This document shows positions 21,380 through 35,046 of a stretch of DNA of 64,000 nt, piece by piece (positions within the stretch are counted from its first letter, which is position 1; each line of letters starts with the position of its first letter). Origin of the DNA: Lingula anatina (taxonomy: Eukaryota; Animalia; Brachiopoda); the NCBI GenBank assembly GCA_051362555.1, contig CM120640.1, forward strand, positions 28,668,503-28,732,502, read 5' to 3'. The position numbers were made by a program, and so were the translations under genes. The notes under the pieces were generated by a model. It was not told the DNA's origin and did no database searches. It saw nothing but the letters and a program-made list of their open reading frames with translations.

Positions 21380-22559
21380 GCTCTCTTAACTGTGTTACAT
21401 AATTAGGAATCTGTGATAATTATGCAGGTAAATGTTGTTTAATATTGCAAATAAGTTAACAAAAGAAAAAATAATTTGAATAACAGTGCCTTATTATCCT
21501 CAAACACATTGGGGTTATTCATATCATGTTATTACAGCAAGATTAAAAGTTTGAATAGCAGCTTTAATGGGATATTTTTGTTTTGTTTTCTTTTTAATTT
21601 ATTTTTCAAACATTTCAAGCATTTTCAGCTCCCATCCACCTGAAGCTCTTCACATTTTCTGTATTTCCACGTAAGCAGTTGCATTGGTTTTTATGTCTTT
21701 AAACATTATGTAATATTATTTTATGCACTGTCATCATTATTCAAATATTGGGATTTTCATTATGTGAATTTGGTCCTGAAACTGTAATCTTATTGCAGGG
21801 GCAGATTGAGACTGTCTTCTGGGTCTTTCAGATTTTAAAGTTCACATTGATGGGTATCTGTTTTTTCTGTTGGAAGACCATCAAAAATGTAGGATGGATC
21901 AACAAAGATAATTTGGAATACTGTCAGAAAATATCCCTGGATCCGCTCCTGTTATTGACGATGTCACCTGTTGTGCATGATTAAAATTCAGTGTTGATTG
22001 ACAGTGCTATTGTAGGCATGATTTATCATTGCATTAAAATTGACAAAAGGAACCATTTTCTGCATTTTTATTTTCTGTTTTTGTCTGTACATTTGACAGC
22101 TTTGCTGCCTTGTTTTTTTTTTTTTTTTTTTTTTTTGTTTAAACATAGGTTGTCTATTGTACTAAATGAACACTGGATGGCTATCTGGGAAAAGTCTTGC
22201 CTTAGAGTCAATTTGATCTTTTTACGTCTTGTAACACAGCTTCAGGTATAAGATAACAATATGTGGCCTCTTTCAGTCTCTATAAATATAAAAATGTAGT
22301 GATTGTAGCTTGGATAAATGATTGACTGTTACAAGTAAATTAATGAATGCAATTTTTTACATGCTTTCTTTTATTCAAAATATAAATTATATATATGAAA
22401 TATGCATGATTTGAGGAGAATTGACATCAGTATCATAAGTAATACAAATTCAGCAATTTATGTTGTAAAAAAAGAAATAATATTTAATGTTGTATATACT
22501 TTACATACTGTATATATGTATGCTATTCTATTTACATATGTACAAATATTATGAAACAA

Positions 22560-25500
22560 AAACTACAATTAAGAGAATTAATTGTATTTATGTAGCAAAT
22601 GGTTTGTTTTAGTGGTGCTATTAACTTTTTGGTAATACATCAACGTTTTGTTTGGGTCTTGTGTCTGCACATTTTGACCTTAAGTAGTTGACCAAGACAA
22701 GGTGTTAACAGATGTCCAGGGTTAAGGAATGTCTTAGCTGCTGTGTATCAAGGCACACACAAGTATATTCTATGAAAGATGTTTTGGAGATTAATTCCAT
22801 CGAGCTGCATTCAGTGAAAAGTCATTCAGCTTTGTAGCTGCGGATATATTTACCCGCAGTTTTAGCAGCTACACTGTATTATTACTTACGTTTCTTTATT
22901 GTTATTTGTACACTGGTTACCAGTCATCACTTTTGTGGTTTCAAGATTTGGGGACGACTATTTGTTACTTGGTGACTAATTTCTTCGGATTATTCAGTTT
23001 TCCCCAGCCACCAGTTTTGGTATTCAAGATTCAGCGACGGCTGTTGACGGTTATTTGTTACTTGGTGACTTTATTTTATTTGGACAATATTCACTTTTCT
23101 CCAGTCACCAGTATTTGATATTCAAGTTTCGGCGACGGCTGTTTCCTTTTACGGGATGACTTCAAGTTTTGGATCACACACAGGCTAGTATTTGTTTTCA
23201 TTTCTCCCCTTTTTTCACGTGTTCTTATCAATACATTTATAATTGTTGTGTTATGCAACTACAGTTGTTACCTATTTTGTTTAGGTGTCACTCATCATGT
23301 TATTTTTGATTTTTTTTTTCTTTTGTGTGCATCTATTTTATTTATGTTTATATTCCTATCGGGCCAGGTGTTGTTGCAGTTTTCATATTTCCTATTTCCT
23401 GGCTGTCATTGACATGCCGTAATCTAGTCATATCCTATTTCCGATTGTCTCCGTGTCCGCATTACCAGGTGGAGTATTATTAGGGGTTTCTGGTCGACTA
23501 GGCGATATGCATTTTTGGAGTTTTTATGCTCTTTGTTCTGGGTGTACTTCCCAGGTTTTTAACTGTTTGCCTAGTAGTGAGAACCCTGTAGTGGTATCTG
23601 GTATACTAGGTTCTGGGTGTATTTCCCAGGTTTTTTAACTGTTTGCCTAGTAGTGAGAGCCCTTTGTGGTATCTGGTATACTAGGTTCTGGGTGTATTCC
23701 CAGATTTTTAACTGTTTGCCTAGTAGTGAGAGCCCTTTGGTGGTATCTGGTATACTAGGTTCTGGGCGGGGATGTGAGCTTCTCTCACATCATATGGCCT
23801 TTTATTTTCATTTGCGCCAACTTTTTGCTCCTATAGCTGTTGTGATTTCTCATATTTTTCATAATTAATCCTGGTTACATTTCATTAACATACTTTATTA
23901 TTTTTATATTTAGCACTTATATAGTTTGGGGGATGTTTATTATCTCCCCAGTTTTGTAACTTTGTATCTTATTAGTTTTCGTCATTAATAAATGACAATT
24001 TCAGTCATATGGACTTATCCTACTTAATTTGGAGCAAAAACAGAGCTTCGTTGTGCTTGTGAACATTTGGCTACATAAAACTACAATTAAGAGAATTAAT
24101 TGTATTTATGTAGCAAATGGTTTGTTTTAGTGGTGCTATTAACTTTTTGGTAATACATCAACGTTTTGTTTGGGTCTTGTGTCTGCACATTTTGACCTTA
24201 AGTAGTTGACCAAGACAAGGTGTTAACAGATGTCCAGGGTTAAGGAATGTCTTAGCTGCTGTGTATCAAGGCACACACAAGTATATTCTATGAAAGATGT
24301 TTTGGAGATTAATTCCATCGAGCTGCATTCAGTGAAAAGTCATTCAGCTTTGTAGCTGCGGATATATTTACCCGCAGTTTTAGCAGCTACACTGTATTAT
24401 TACTTACGTTTCTTTATTGTTATTTGTACACCCTCCACCCTCCCCTACCACCTGCCTTCATCCTTGTGGTGTTTTTAACACTTAGACTTATTTACTTTCA
24501 AGCGGCACCTGTGTGACATAATTAAGGGGGGCACCTATTTGGATAGTGCCACTTTGCCTCTGGTAGGCCTGCTAATCAGAGGCATATGAGTTCAGTTATT
24601 CAGGAGACAGTTAATGCTCTCCCTCACTTTTCTCGTAAATTTCACAACATTAAGAAGTGCATTATTCAGGAGTAAAAATTTTGAGGTGATGTTTGGTAAA
24701 CTTATTCAACCCCCCCCCATATTTTTTTTTTCTCTTTCCATGACTAATGAAGCAGATTTGAGCATTGGCTCAATGTAACATGGTTGTATTTATGCTTGTT
24801 AGCTATAACTCATTTGGCACATTAATTAGTCATTTCAGATTATCTGGTTATCATTTGTTTATTGATATATATCATACATGTGAGATTATTACTTTAAAAC
24901 TATAGTTAGGTAAATGTACTATGCAGGGCATATGAGGCAGTACGTAGGCCAAGAGAGACAACTCTATGATTGGGCTGTCAGAGCAATGAGGAAACCTACG
25001 TCCCCGTCCTAAAAAGGTAGGGGTTGCGTAGCTCGCTCTCAGCCTAGGCCGGCTTTAGAATGTGCCTTTTGCCTTTTCTTTTCATTTGCGCCAACCATTT
25101 GCGCCAACTTTTTGCTCCTATAGCTGTTGTGATTTCTCATATTTTTCATAAGCCTTTTATTTTCATTTGCGCCAACTTTTTGCTCCTATAGCTGTTGTGA
25201 TTTCTCATATTTTTCATAATTAATCCTGGTTACATTTCATTAACATACTTTATTATTTTTATATTTAGCACTTATATAGTTTGGGGGATGTTTATTATCT
25301 CCCCAGTTTTGTAACTTTGTATCTTATTAGTTTTCGTCATTAATAAATGACAATTGCCTTTTATTTTCATTTGCGCCAACTTTTTGCTCCTATAGCTGTT
25401 GTGATTTCTCATATTTTTCATAATTAATCCTGGTTACATTTCATTAACATACTTTATTATTTTTATATTTAGCACTTATATAGTTTGGGGGATGTTTATT

Positions 25501-25792
25501 ATCTCCCCAGTTTTGTAACTTTTTCATTTGCGCCAACTTTTTGCTCCTATAGCTGTTGTGATTTCTCATATTTTTCATAATTAATCCTGGTTACATTTCA
25601 TTAACATACTTTATTATTTTTATATTTAGCACTTATATAGTTTGGGGGATGTTTATTATCTCCCCAGTTTTGTAACTTTGTATCTTATTAGTTTTCGTCA
25701 TTAATAAATGACAATTTCAGTCATATGGACTTATCCTACTTAATTTGGAGCAAAAACAGAGCTTCGTTGTGCTTGTGAACATTTGGCTACAT
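22560..25792. mobile_element. Non-autonomous element with split direct repeats (A1-x-B1-A2-y-B2), no TSD; DIRS-order (Ngaro/PAT-like) retroelement candidate, private to U2
   Basis: A1 ~22560-22913 = A2 ~24077-24431. B1 ~23797-24076 = B2 ~25522-25792, with partial B reiterations at 25071-25520. The empty site gaaacAAAAttacatg is seen in U1, U3, U4 and U5. No long ORF. Confidence 0.7.
23535..23766. repeat. ~75-bp minisatellite (x3) inside the U2 insertion
   Basis: ttctgggtgta.t.cccag.tttttaactgtttgcctagtagtgaga.ccct...gtggtatctggtatactagg repeated three times. Confidence 0.9.
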
Positions 25793-26769
25793 AAATTACA
25801 TGTTTATTATGTACAATTTGTACAAGCTCTTTCTGGAATGCTAATAAAATCCCTTCAAAACTGCAGTGAATGGATGCATATACATGTACATGGCTATTTG
25901 TTTATGCACAATGTCCAAGTGATTTTTCTCATACAGTTGTGAACAGTCATTTCAGTATTTGACTAGCTGTCGCAGCTTGGTCATCATCCAAAACTTAAAT
26001 TTCTTCATCCTGCTAAGGCTATAAGGATGGGTGTCTTCCTGGGCTTGGACACTATATATCAAGGAAAAAGTTTATATGTAAAATGGGGCACATATTTTCT
26101 CTGTAAAGAATTTTATTAAGACATATTTATAGATCTTGATTATAATGCACTTGGGATGATTATAAAACCATCTAACTCACTTGTTACAACTTACTTTACA
26201 TTCAAATCTGCCATCACCCAATTGAAAATAATTTAATTGTTTTATAAAATTTGAACACAATACCTTAATTCTCCCTCAGTAGATGTACCTAATTTTTCAT
26301 CGTCATCATCATCAAGATCAATTTCTACAAACCCTGGTGGGAAAAAAGAAATATTTGAAAATTTTGATTCTTGAAACATTTGAGTTTTGTATTAATCTTA
26401 TCATTCACAGCAATTCTAAGTATTTATATTTTCTCATTCTAGGAAAGTTAAAAGAACAGGGGAACATGGTACTAAAGCCCTTCAAATGGAATGTCTACTG
26501 ACAATTTCAAATCACAGCAAGATCCAAATACAGGACCATATTCTGTGCAGTAAGTTTTTGAGTTATTATTATTATTGAAGTGTAGCAATTTCAGTTGATA
26601 GAATGATTTCCCTAGATTGGTTCACTATTTGAAATATATAATTTAAACAACATTTTATGACTGTGATAATTTTTCTTTGTTTAAAGGTTGTGTTCAATTT
26701 GGCATGCATTGATACAAGGTATATATTAAGGGTGTTTTCTTTGAGGCATTTGAAAAAAACTCTTTTCAG

Positions 26770-27624
26770 AAACAGCACGAAAAGGCTATTGAAGACTGTA
26801 CCAAAGCACTAGAACTTAATCCTAATTATCTCAAAGCACTTTTAAGGAGGGCAGAAATGTATGAAAAGACTGAAAAATTAGATGAGGCATTAGAGGATTA
26901 CAAAAAAGTAATTGAAATGGATCCAACACAACATACTGCAAGGGAAGCATGTATTGTAAGTCTGGTATCATAAAAACAGTCTCAAATACTTTAGATTTGT
27001 GTTACATGGTTTTCTGTAATGTGTCAATGTGTAGTAAGTGAAATAAAAAAAAAATGATGTTCATATATGTTTAAAAGCATCGCAATAGAAAAAAAATGCT
27101 AAAGTGCTAAAGTGTAACAGTGCAATATTCACTTAAATTTAAAGATATTAAAATAATTACAAGTCAGCAAATTGTTTTTATTCATAAGAGAACTAATCAG
27201 TGAACTTTTGAATCTGATTGAATCTGTGTTTATTTTCATCTCTTCAGCGATTGCCACAGCAAATTACAGAAAGAAATGAGAAAATGAAAGATGAAATGAT
27301 GGGTAATTTATATCTTTCAGTCCTACATTTTGAAATATTTTACAATAAAGCAAAATCTTTTAGACTGGTCTTCTGCTCTTTGATTTCAATAAAAATCAAC
27401 ATATTTATTTAAAATTTGATTTATGAAACATTTGAGTTTTGTATTCATCTTTTCATTCAGAGCAATAGTGGAAGTATTTATATTTTCTCATTCTAGGAAA
27501 GTTAAAAGAACTGGGGAACATGGTACTAAAGCCCTTTGGAATGTCTACTGACAATTTCAAATTACATCAAGATCCAAGCACAAGTTTTCCATGTATTTGT
27601 CCAGTCAGAAGAAGCTGCAATTAG
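26770..27624 (+). pseudogene. TTC1: Headless TTC1 fragment (exons 4-6), U3
   Basis: Same as 13101-13955. Confidence 0.85.
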
Positions 27625-28551
27625 AACTTTTCTAAAATAGAGAACATAGCTGGCTTCATCATCCTTTAGATGCCTTAAATAGTTTAGCTCAGTAGCAAGA
27701 TTATTCTGATATTTATCAACTTGTTTAAAAGGTTACCACACAGCAGATATTCTTAACATAAGCCAACAAAAAACTATAAAGGATAAAGATAAGAATTTGC
27801 TTGATTGGCAAAATGACTGCTCAGGCCTTTATTTTTTAAATATTAATTTAAGGTGATTTTAAAATATTTACTGCCAAAATGAAGCCTTGATGCCCATTTC
27901 TTGTCTGTCTACATAAGGAAGCAGTGCTGTGTCATCAATAGGTGCTGATGGTGAGAGAAAATCTGATTGTGAATAGAGAAATACAAGACGCCTTTTAAAC
28001 TTTTTGAGCAAGCAGGAAAGAAAAGACATCTATTTACCCAAGAGAAAGAAATGCAGATTGTCCTTAGAGTACAATTCTTTTTATATCTGTTCGAGTTAAA
28101 GAAAACAATTTATGGCCTCATTCACAGTCTCATTTGAGTTGGTTGTAGTTCACTTGAATAAAAGACTGATTGCAACAATAAAATAATCCAATTTATTGTC
28201 TTTATGTGATTTCTTTATTATAAATAAAATTATATATATAAATGATATGTACATAACTTTTGACATAAATATTATAAATGTGTACAAATTAAGCAACTGA
28301 TGCTGCAAAACAATAATAATGAACAACTTTTTATATATATTTACCATGGTATTCTATTTAACATATGTACAAACATGAAACAAAATTTCATGTTTACTAT
28401 ATACAACGTGAACAAGTAAAAGCTCTCAAGATTGTTCATAATGTCCATTGCAGTTAATGGGTGCATATACATGGGTGGCGTTTCATGTATGTACAGTGTT
28501 TTTTTCATTCAGTTTTTATGAAAAAAGAAAAGAAAAGGAAGAACAGTCAGT

Positions 28552-30384
28552 TTAGTAACGGATTAACTGTCTCAGCTTTGTGAGTATCCAATATTTTATT
28601 TTCTTCATCCTACTTAGTATAGCTTTCCTTTGGGGCTTGGACACTATATAAAGGAAAAGCATATATGTGAAATGAGGCTCATATTATCTCTTTGATAAAT
28701 TTCATTGAGGTATTCTCTTCACATCTTGATACTTATACACATACCAAATTTAGAACGGGAATGTTAAGAAGAATGGAAAAAAATTTACATTGAATTCTGC
28801 TAGTTGTTGAATAATGAAATAAAATACCTTTTCCCTCTGTAGTCGGAGCTAATTTTTCATCATCAAGAGGGATTTCTACAAATCCTGTGGAAAAACAAAA
28901 ATTACTGTCAAGGCTTAATATCATGGTGCCGTATTAGAATTGTAGTTATATTTGTGTAAGGAAGGGATCTTTTCTATTAGAATACAATTTGTTAAATATG
29001 CTTTGCTTGGGTGAAAAAAAAGTAGAATAACTTTTGCACTTCACAACATTTGAGAAGCTAACTGTCATTTAAGAAAAAAAAGTTCTGAACAGTTTTGGGT
29101 TTCATATTTATATGTTAGATTAAAGTCCTGATACTGTACCTTGATCAATACTGCTTTCCTTTTCCCAAAATGTTCGACAGCCAAAGGTAGAATCTGTCTG
29201 CACAAACACAGCCTCTCTCTGTACCCGCTCTGGGACTAGAACACCGCTGCTGGGTGTAAGTTTCCTCAGGTGATAGATGCCCTCCACAGCTGAAAAAAGG
29301 TACAAGCTATATTAATAAATGAATGGAAAGGGTCCATATCTGCATTAGAAAAACAATCATAAAAATTTCATGTATCTCAGGCATTTGTTTTATACTATTT
29401 CCAACACTGCAAATTTACAAGCATGGAGGGAGGCTTTTACCTTGAAGTACACAGTCATCTTTTCCAAAAAATGTACAGCAGCCATTTGTGGAAACTGCCT
29501 GTACAAATACATTGTCTTTTTGTTCCTGCTTTGGAACTAGAACAGCAACACTGGGTGTACTGTTTTGTGAATGGTAAATGCCCTTAAGGACTGGAAATGA
29601 AAAATAAATATTGATGTTAGATTCATTCATCTTTAATAACAGTCATATCAAGAATAAAAGATGTACTTCTGATTTTGAAATACTTCAGATGCAAACAGAT
29701 GCCCATAGCTATTTTCTCACCTTTTTCATCACTCCATCTTTCTATCATTTCCATAACAAAGGACTCCAATTTTAACATTTTAAACTGAAAATGTTGAGAA
29801 AATAAAAAACAAAATAAAAAATTAAATAAAAAAAAAATAAGAAAAAGAATAAATAATTTTTTTTAAAAATGAAAGAAAGTAAGAAAAAGAAAGACAGATA
29901 AAAATAATTAAACCAATGGATAACAATGAAAGCAAATATAAATGTTATGACAGATAATTCCAACTCAAAGTAACATTAAAGGAAATCTAGGAAACTTTCA
30001 AAACGTACGTAAGATAAAACCCAATCAAGGAAGTTTTCGATAAAAACAATTTATTTGGCTTGTCTTAATTTGGTGTTTATTTCCTTTATTTTCGAAGGTT
30101 TTCTGCTGTTTTTTTTAAATTTAATTTTGTTTAATTTTTTAAAACTTTTAAACGTCCAAAGCTGTAGATCTAAATGTCCGCGAGAAGTTTTTGCATATAG
30201 CCGTACGAAAAATTCTTTTGCCGATTTTTCGTAAAATGTATGCCCACATGCATAAAAAACATTTAAGAAGAAAAGTAACTGGCGTGATTTAATTACTCTA
30301 ACATATAAAACATCATAAAAATATTATCGTCTTCGATTAAATGAAAATATCTTCCTGAATTTTTTCGATACTCACCTCGCTCAT
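28552..30384 (-). CDS. Orphan gene, copy 3 (intact)
   Basis: Exons and splice sites as in copy 2 (offset ~+13669). Confidence 0.78.
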
Positions 30385-33300
30385 TGAAAAAATGCGCAAA
30401 TCTGCCGCTTTTGTTGCTAGGCACGCTCTCCAATGTGATTGGCTGAAAGTTCGCTGAAACTCGAGCGTTTACGTTTTTCTCCGCCTCCGACATACATGCA
30501 ATGGAAAAGAGTGACGCAGACGCCTGAAATATTTCACAATATTTGATCGGTTGTCAGGATTCCATATCCCGTAATGAGTGATGGGTGCTAGCAAATATAC
30601 ATTTCATTACAAAATAGGCACGTTGCCAAAGATGGTATTTTTTTTTCTCAGTCAGAATTCTCTGAAATTCTCGTTTTGTTCGTTCAAATATGGCAATATC
30701 CAAGGAATAATTTACACATGAAATTAAGCTTCTTTCATTATTATTTCAGAACTTCAAAACACAATTTTGAAAGCTACGAGGACTTAAAAGCTATAAATTT
30801 GCGTACTCAGTACGTCTTTGACCTCATTACTACAGTACCAACCCGTAATTTTATTTATTTTTCAAATTTATATGGGATTTGCTTAGCAAAAAGTCATTTT
30901 GTAAGTCGGCATTCTTTTAACAAAAGTGTTTTTTTTTTTTTTTTCATGTACTTTAACTGTGTTTGCTCCATTTTGTTTTACTTCATCTTTGTTGAGGTTT
31001 TTTGTTCAGGAAAGACTCCTTTCACTCTTTTATATATCAGCATAATAAAAAAAAAAGCTTTAAAATATCTTGTAACACAGCTTCATGCAGACTTAAAGGG
31101 CCTAGCAATTAAATCTCTGGTTTTATTTTATCTTAAAATCCTATATAGGCCACTGTAAGGATGGCATGTGTGGTAGGTGGGGGAAACCATTAAGGGAGTA
31201 TGAGGCTTTGCTTTCAAGTAGGTCCACCATATTTGAGCCTTGAATCAGTTAGTCCTAGGATCAAACTGTATTGAATGCGGCCCTAGATCTAACACAACAT
31301 GCTGTGGGGGAAGCATGCATTGTAAGTGTAGTATTACAAATACTGGTCTTAGATATTGTAGATTTTTGTTGTGTTGTGTATTTATGTGTAGTAAAACCAA
31401 ATATGAAAAACAAACGGTGTTCATATGTTTGAAAAACATTGATTTTCAAAAAAGTGCATATAGGAATACAATATTAGAAAACAGAAGTTACCATAGCAAT
31501 TTGAAGAAAGAAATGATAAAATGAAAGGTGCACTGATAGGTAAATTTTTATTTCAGATATTTCAGCACTACAGTACCATGCAGTAAATTTTGAAATACTT
31601 TATATGAAAGCAAAACATTTTAGACTGGTCCTCTGCTCATTGATTTTAATAGCAGTCAACATATTTATTAAAATTTTGATTCTTGTTACATTTGAGTTTT
31701 GTATTAATCATCTCATTTTTGAGAATTTGGTTTTATTGACAGAATTGGCAGCTCTAGCATGGATTTTTAAAAATATCAATTAAGGGTGTTCTTTAAATAT
31801 TTCCTGCCAAAATAAATTCTGGATGCCAAAATCTGATATCTGTCTACAAAGGAGAGTGGTGATTTGTGCTCAATAGGTGCTGTTGGTGAGAGCAAATCGG
31901 ATTGCAAGTAAAGTGATAAGAAAAGCACCATTTTTACTTTTTGTTTTCAGCAAGCAGAGGAGAATAGACATCTATTTTCTTAAGATGAAGAAATGCAGAT
32001 TGTCCTTAGAGCAGGGGTTTCTGCAGGATTTGCATCACAGTAGGTCAACATTCCAAAACGTTGATCTGTAATTTGGTAATTTGGTCACCAATTTACAAGA
32101 AATTCAACTACAAATATACTGTCATTTCTTAATATTTCATAAGCCATCCAGCCTTTTTTTTTTTTTTTTTTTTTTTGAAAAACATAGGTTGTCTATTGTA
32201 TTAAATGAACACTGGATGGCTATCTGGGAAAAGTCTTGCCTTAGAGTCAATTTGATCTTTTTATATCTTGTAACACAGCTTCAGGTATAAGATAACAATA
32301 TGTGGCCTCTTTCAGTCTCTTTAAATATAAAAATGTAGTGATTGTAGGCCATCGCCGCTGTCGCCGTCGCTGTGCACTCAGCGATAACACGATAAGTGGA
32401 ATACCGTTTAACATTTTGTATTCAAATTTACAGAACTGATGAATATTCATAATACGCAGGTCAAGTTCAAAAATCAGCATGATCGGGCCATTTTTAGGGA
32501 AGTTATGCTGTTTTTTCACTTTTTTTAGCATTATTATAACACCGATAACACGATAAGTGAAAAACATTCTTACTTTTTGGCTTGAAACTTATAAAGCTGA
32601 TGAATATTCATAATATGTAGGTCAAGTTCGAAAATCAGAGTTATCAGGTCAATTTTATGGAAGTAATGCTGTTTTTTCACTTTTTTCAGCATATATGCAA
32701 CACTGATAACACAATAAGTGAAAAAACGTTTTACCTTTTGGCTTGAAACTGACAGAATTGATGAATATTTATAATACGCAGGTCAAATTTGAAAATCAGC
32801 ATGATCCGGCCATTTTAAGGGAAGTTATGCTGTTTTTTCACTTTTTTCAGCATATATGCAGCACTGATAACACAATATAAGATTAACAGATGGGCAAATT
32901 GTCATTATACTCACAGGACTGGTCAATCTTACTAAAACGTAGGATGAGTTGGAAAAGCAGCATAATCGTGCCATTATTTTAGATGTTATGCTGTTTTTCA
33001 CATTTCCTCAGATTCAATTCTTAAGCATGTTAACAGTCTCATTATTGAACTAATAAGATACGTAAAAGTGTTTGTTTGACATTTCCTGCATCTTTATAAC
33101 ATTGTTAGTTGATTATGTAAAAATGATGGTAAACTTGTTATTGTGTATTATGTTATAAAGTGTCAAAAATGGAAATAAACTCATATCATTGCAGTTTGTC
33201 AGATTCAATCATCTACTATCTTCAGAATCTCAGAATGGAGGAAATTGGACATTTAACACTGTTCTATTGATATTTTCCCATCTCATCAATTTTCTTAGTT

Positions 33301-34700
33301 GATCATATTAAAATGTCAGTAAGCAGTTTATTTTGGGTTTTTTTTTCACTTTTTTTAGCATTTTTATAACACCTATAACATAATAAGTGAAAAACATTTT
33401 TACTTTTTGGCTTCAAACTTATAGAACTGATGAATGTTCATAAATCGCAGGTCAAGTTTGAAAATCAGCATTATCGGGTCAATTTTATGGAAGCTAAGAA
33501 CTTCCACTTCTAAGAACTTTTCACTTTTTTCAGCATATATGCAGCACTGATAACACAATAAGTGAAAAACCATTTTACCTTTTAGCTTGAAACTTACAGA
33601 ACTGATGAATATTTATAATACGCAGGTCGAGTTCGAAAATCGGCATGATCGGGCCATTTTAAGGGAAGTTATGCTGTTTTTTCACTTTTTCAGCATATAT
33701 GCAGCACTGATAACACAATATAAGATTAACAGATCTGCCAATTGTCATTATACTCACAGGACTAGTCAATCTTATTAAAAAGTAGGATGAGTTCGAAAAT
33801 CAGCATAATCGGGCCATTATTTTAAAAGTTATGCTGTTTTTTCACATTTCCTCAGATTCAATTGTTAGGCATGTTAACAGTCTCATTATTGAACTAATAA
33901 GATACGTAAAAGTGTTTGTTTGACATTTCCTGCATCTTTATAACATTGTTAGTTGATTATGTAAAAATGATGATAAACTTGTTATTGTGTATTATGTTAT
34001 AAAGTGTCAAAAATGGAAATAAACTCATATCATTGCAGTTTGTCAGATTCAAACATCTACTATCTTCAGAATCTCAGAATGGAGGAAACTGGACATTTAA
34101 AATTGTTCTATTGATATTTTTCCTATGTCAACAATTTTCTCAGTTGTTCATTTAAAAATGACAGTAAATTGATTATTTTGTTATATGAAAAAAAGGTGTT
34201 GAAAATAGAAAGAAAATCAGTTCAATACAGTTATCTCTTGTATACATTTTGGCATTTTGAAAGTGTGACTCTGAACTTCCATGGCCTTGAAGACCTTTCC
34301 ATGGCACATTTTCTGTATATCCATGAAACTTTTATTTTATTATTAAAAATTGATGGTCATTATGTTATATTGCATAAAAGTTGAAGAAAACCCTATTTTG
34401 GAAATGGCTGCCGTAATGACCATTAAGGAAAAACCATGTTACTTATGATACTCAAACTTACTGAAAAGTTTCGTAAGACTGACGTGCAGTTTGTGTTGGA
34501 AAATCAGTGTGATTGTTTTCTGTTTTGGAAGCAATGCAGCTCTATAGAGTGCTATATGGGGCTACTGTTTATGGATGGTGGTAATTGTCCCTTGGGGTAG
34601 TCACAAGCTAAATTCAGAGCTATTAAATCATTTGCCTAATTAATTTCCAAGTGCCCATTAAATAAGATTACATAAAACACACGTTGAGATTTCCCATAGG

Positions 34701-35046
34701 TTAAAGGGATAATAACTCTTCGTTTTGGCCAAAAAATGAATTTTCCTGGAGTAAACAACAATTTTCCCATACTTACCAATGATTAATGAATCCATTTTTA
34801 CATTCAAATTTAGTCCTTGGTTTTTTTCTAAAAAGTTTGGTTTTTTTGTTAAAATCTCTTAAGAGATTATAACAGAGTATAGCCATCAGTGGAGGTCACG
34901 TGATCTTAAGACAAGCTCAGATATCAGAATAATAGCTATAACTGCTGTTTTCGTCGTAAAACAGAATATATTATATTTCTATGAGTTATTTACAATGTTT
35001 TTATTGTGAAATATAGATTTCATACGAAGAGTTATTATCCCTTTAA
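34701..35046 (-). mobile_element. Kolobok-like MITE (U3 copy)
   Basis: Same as 10598-10943. Confidence 0.85.

Noticed and set aside
23453-23868. ORFs inside the U2 insertion as transposase/RT remnants
   Set aside because: They are translations of the 75-bp minisatellite; no RT, integrase or recombinase motifs.
30676-31158. 160-aa ORF, the longest in the array
   Set aside because: Its length changes between units with poly-T/poly-A tract length (93, 160, 122, 128 aa), it has a non-ATG start and low-complexity F/Y/K content; spurious.
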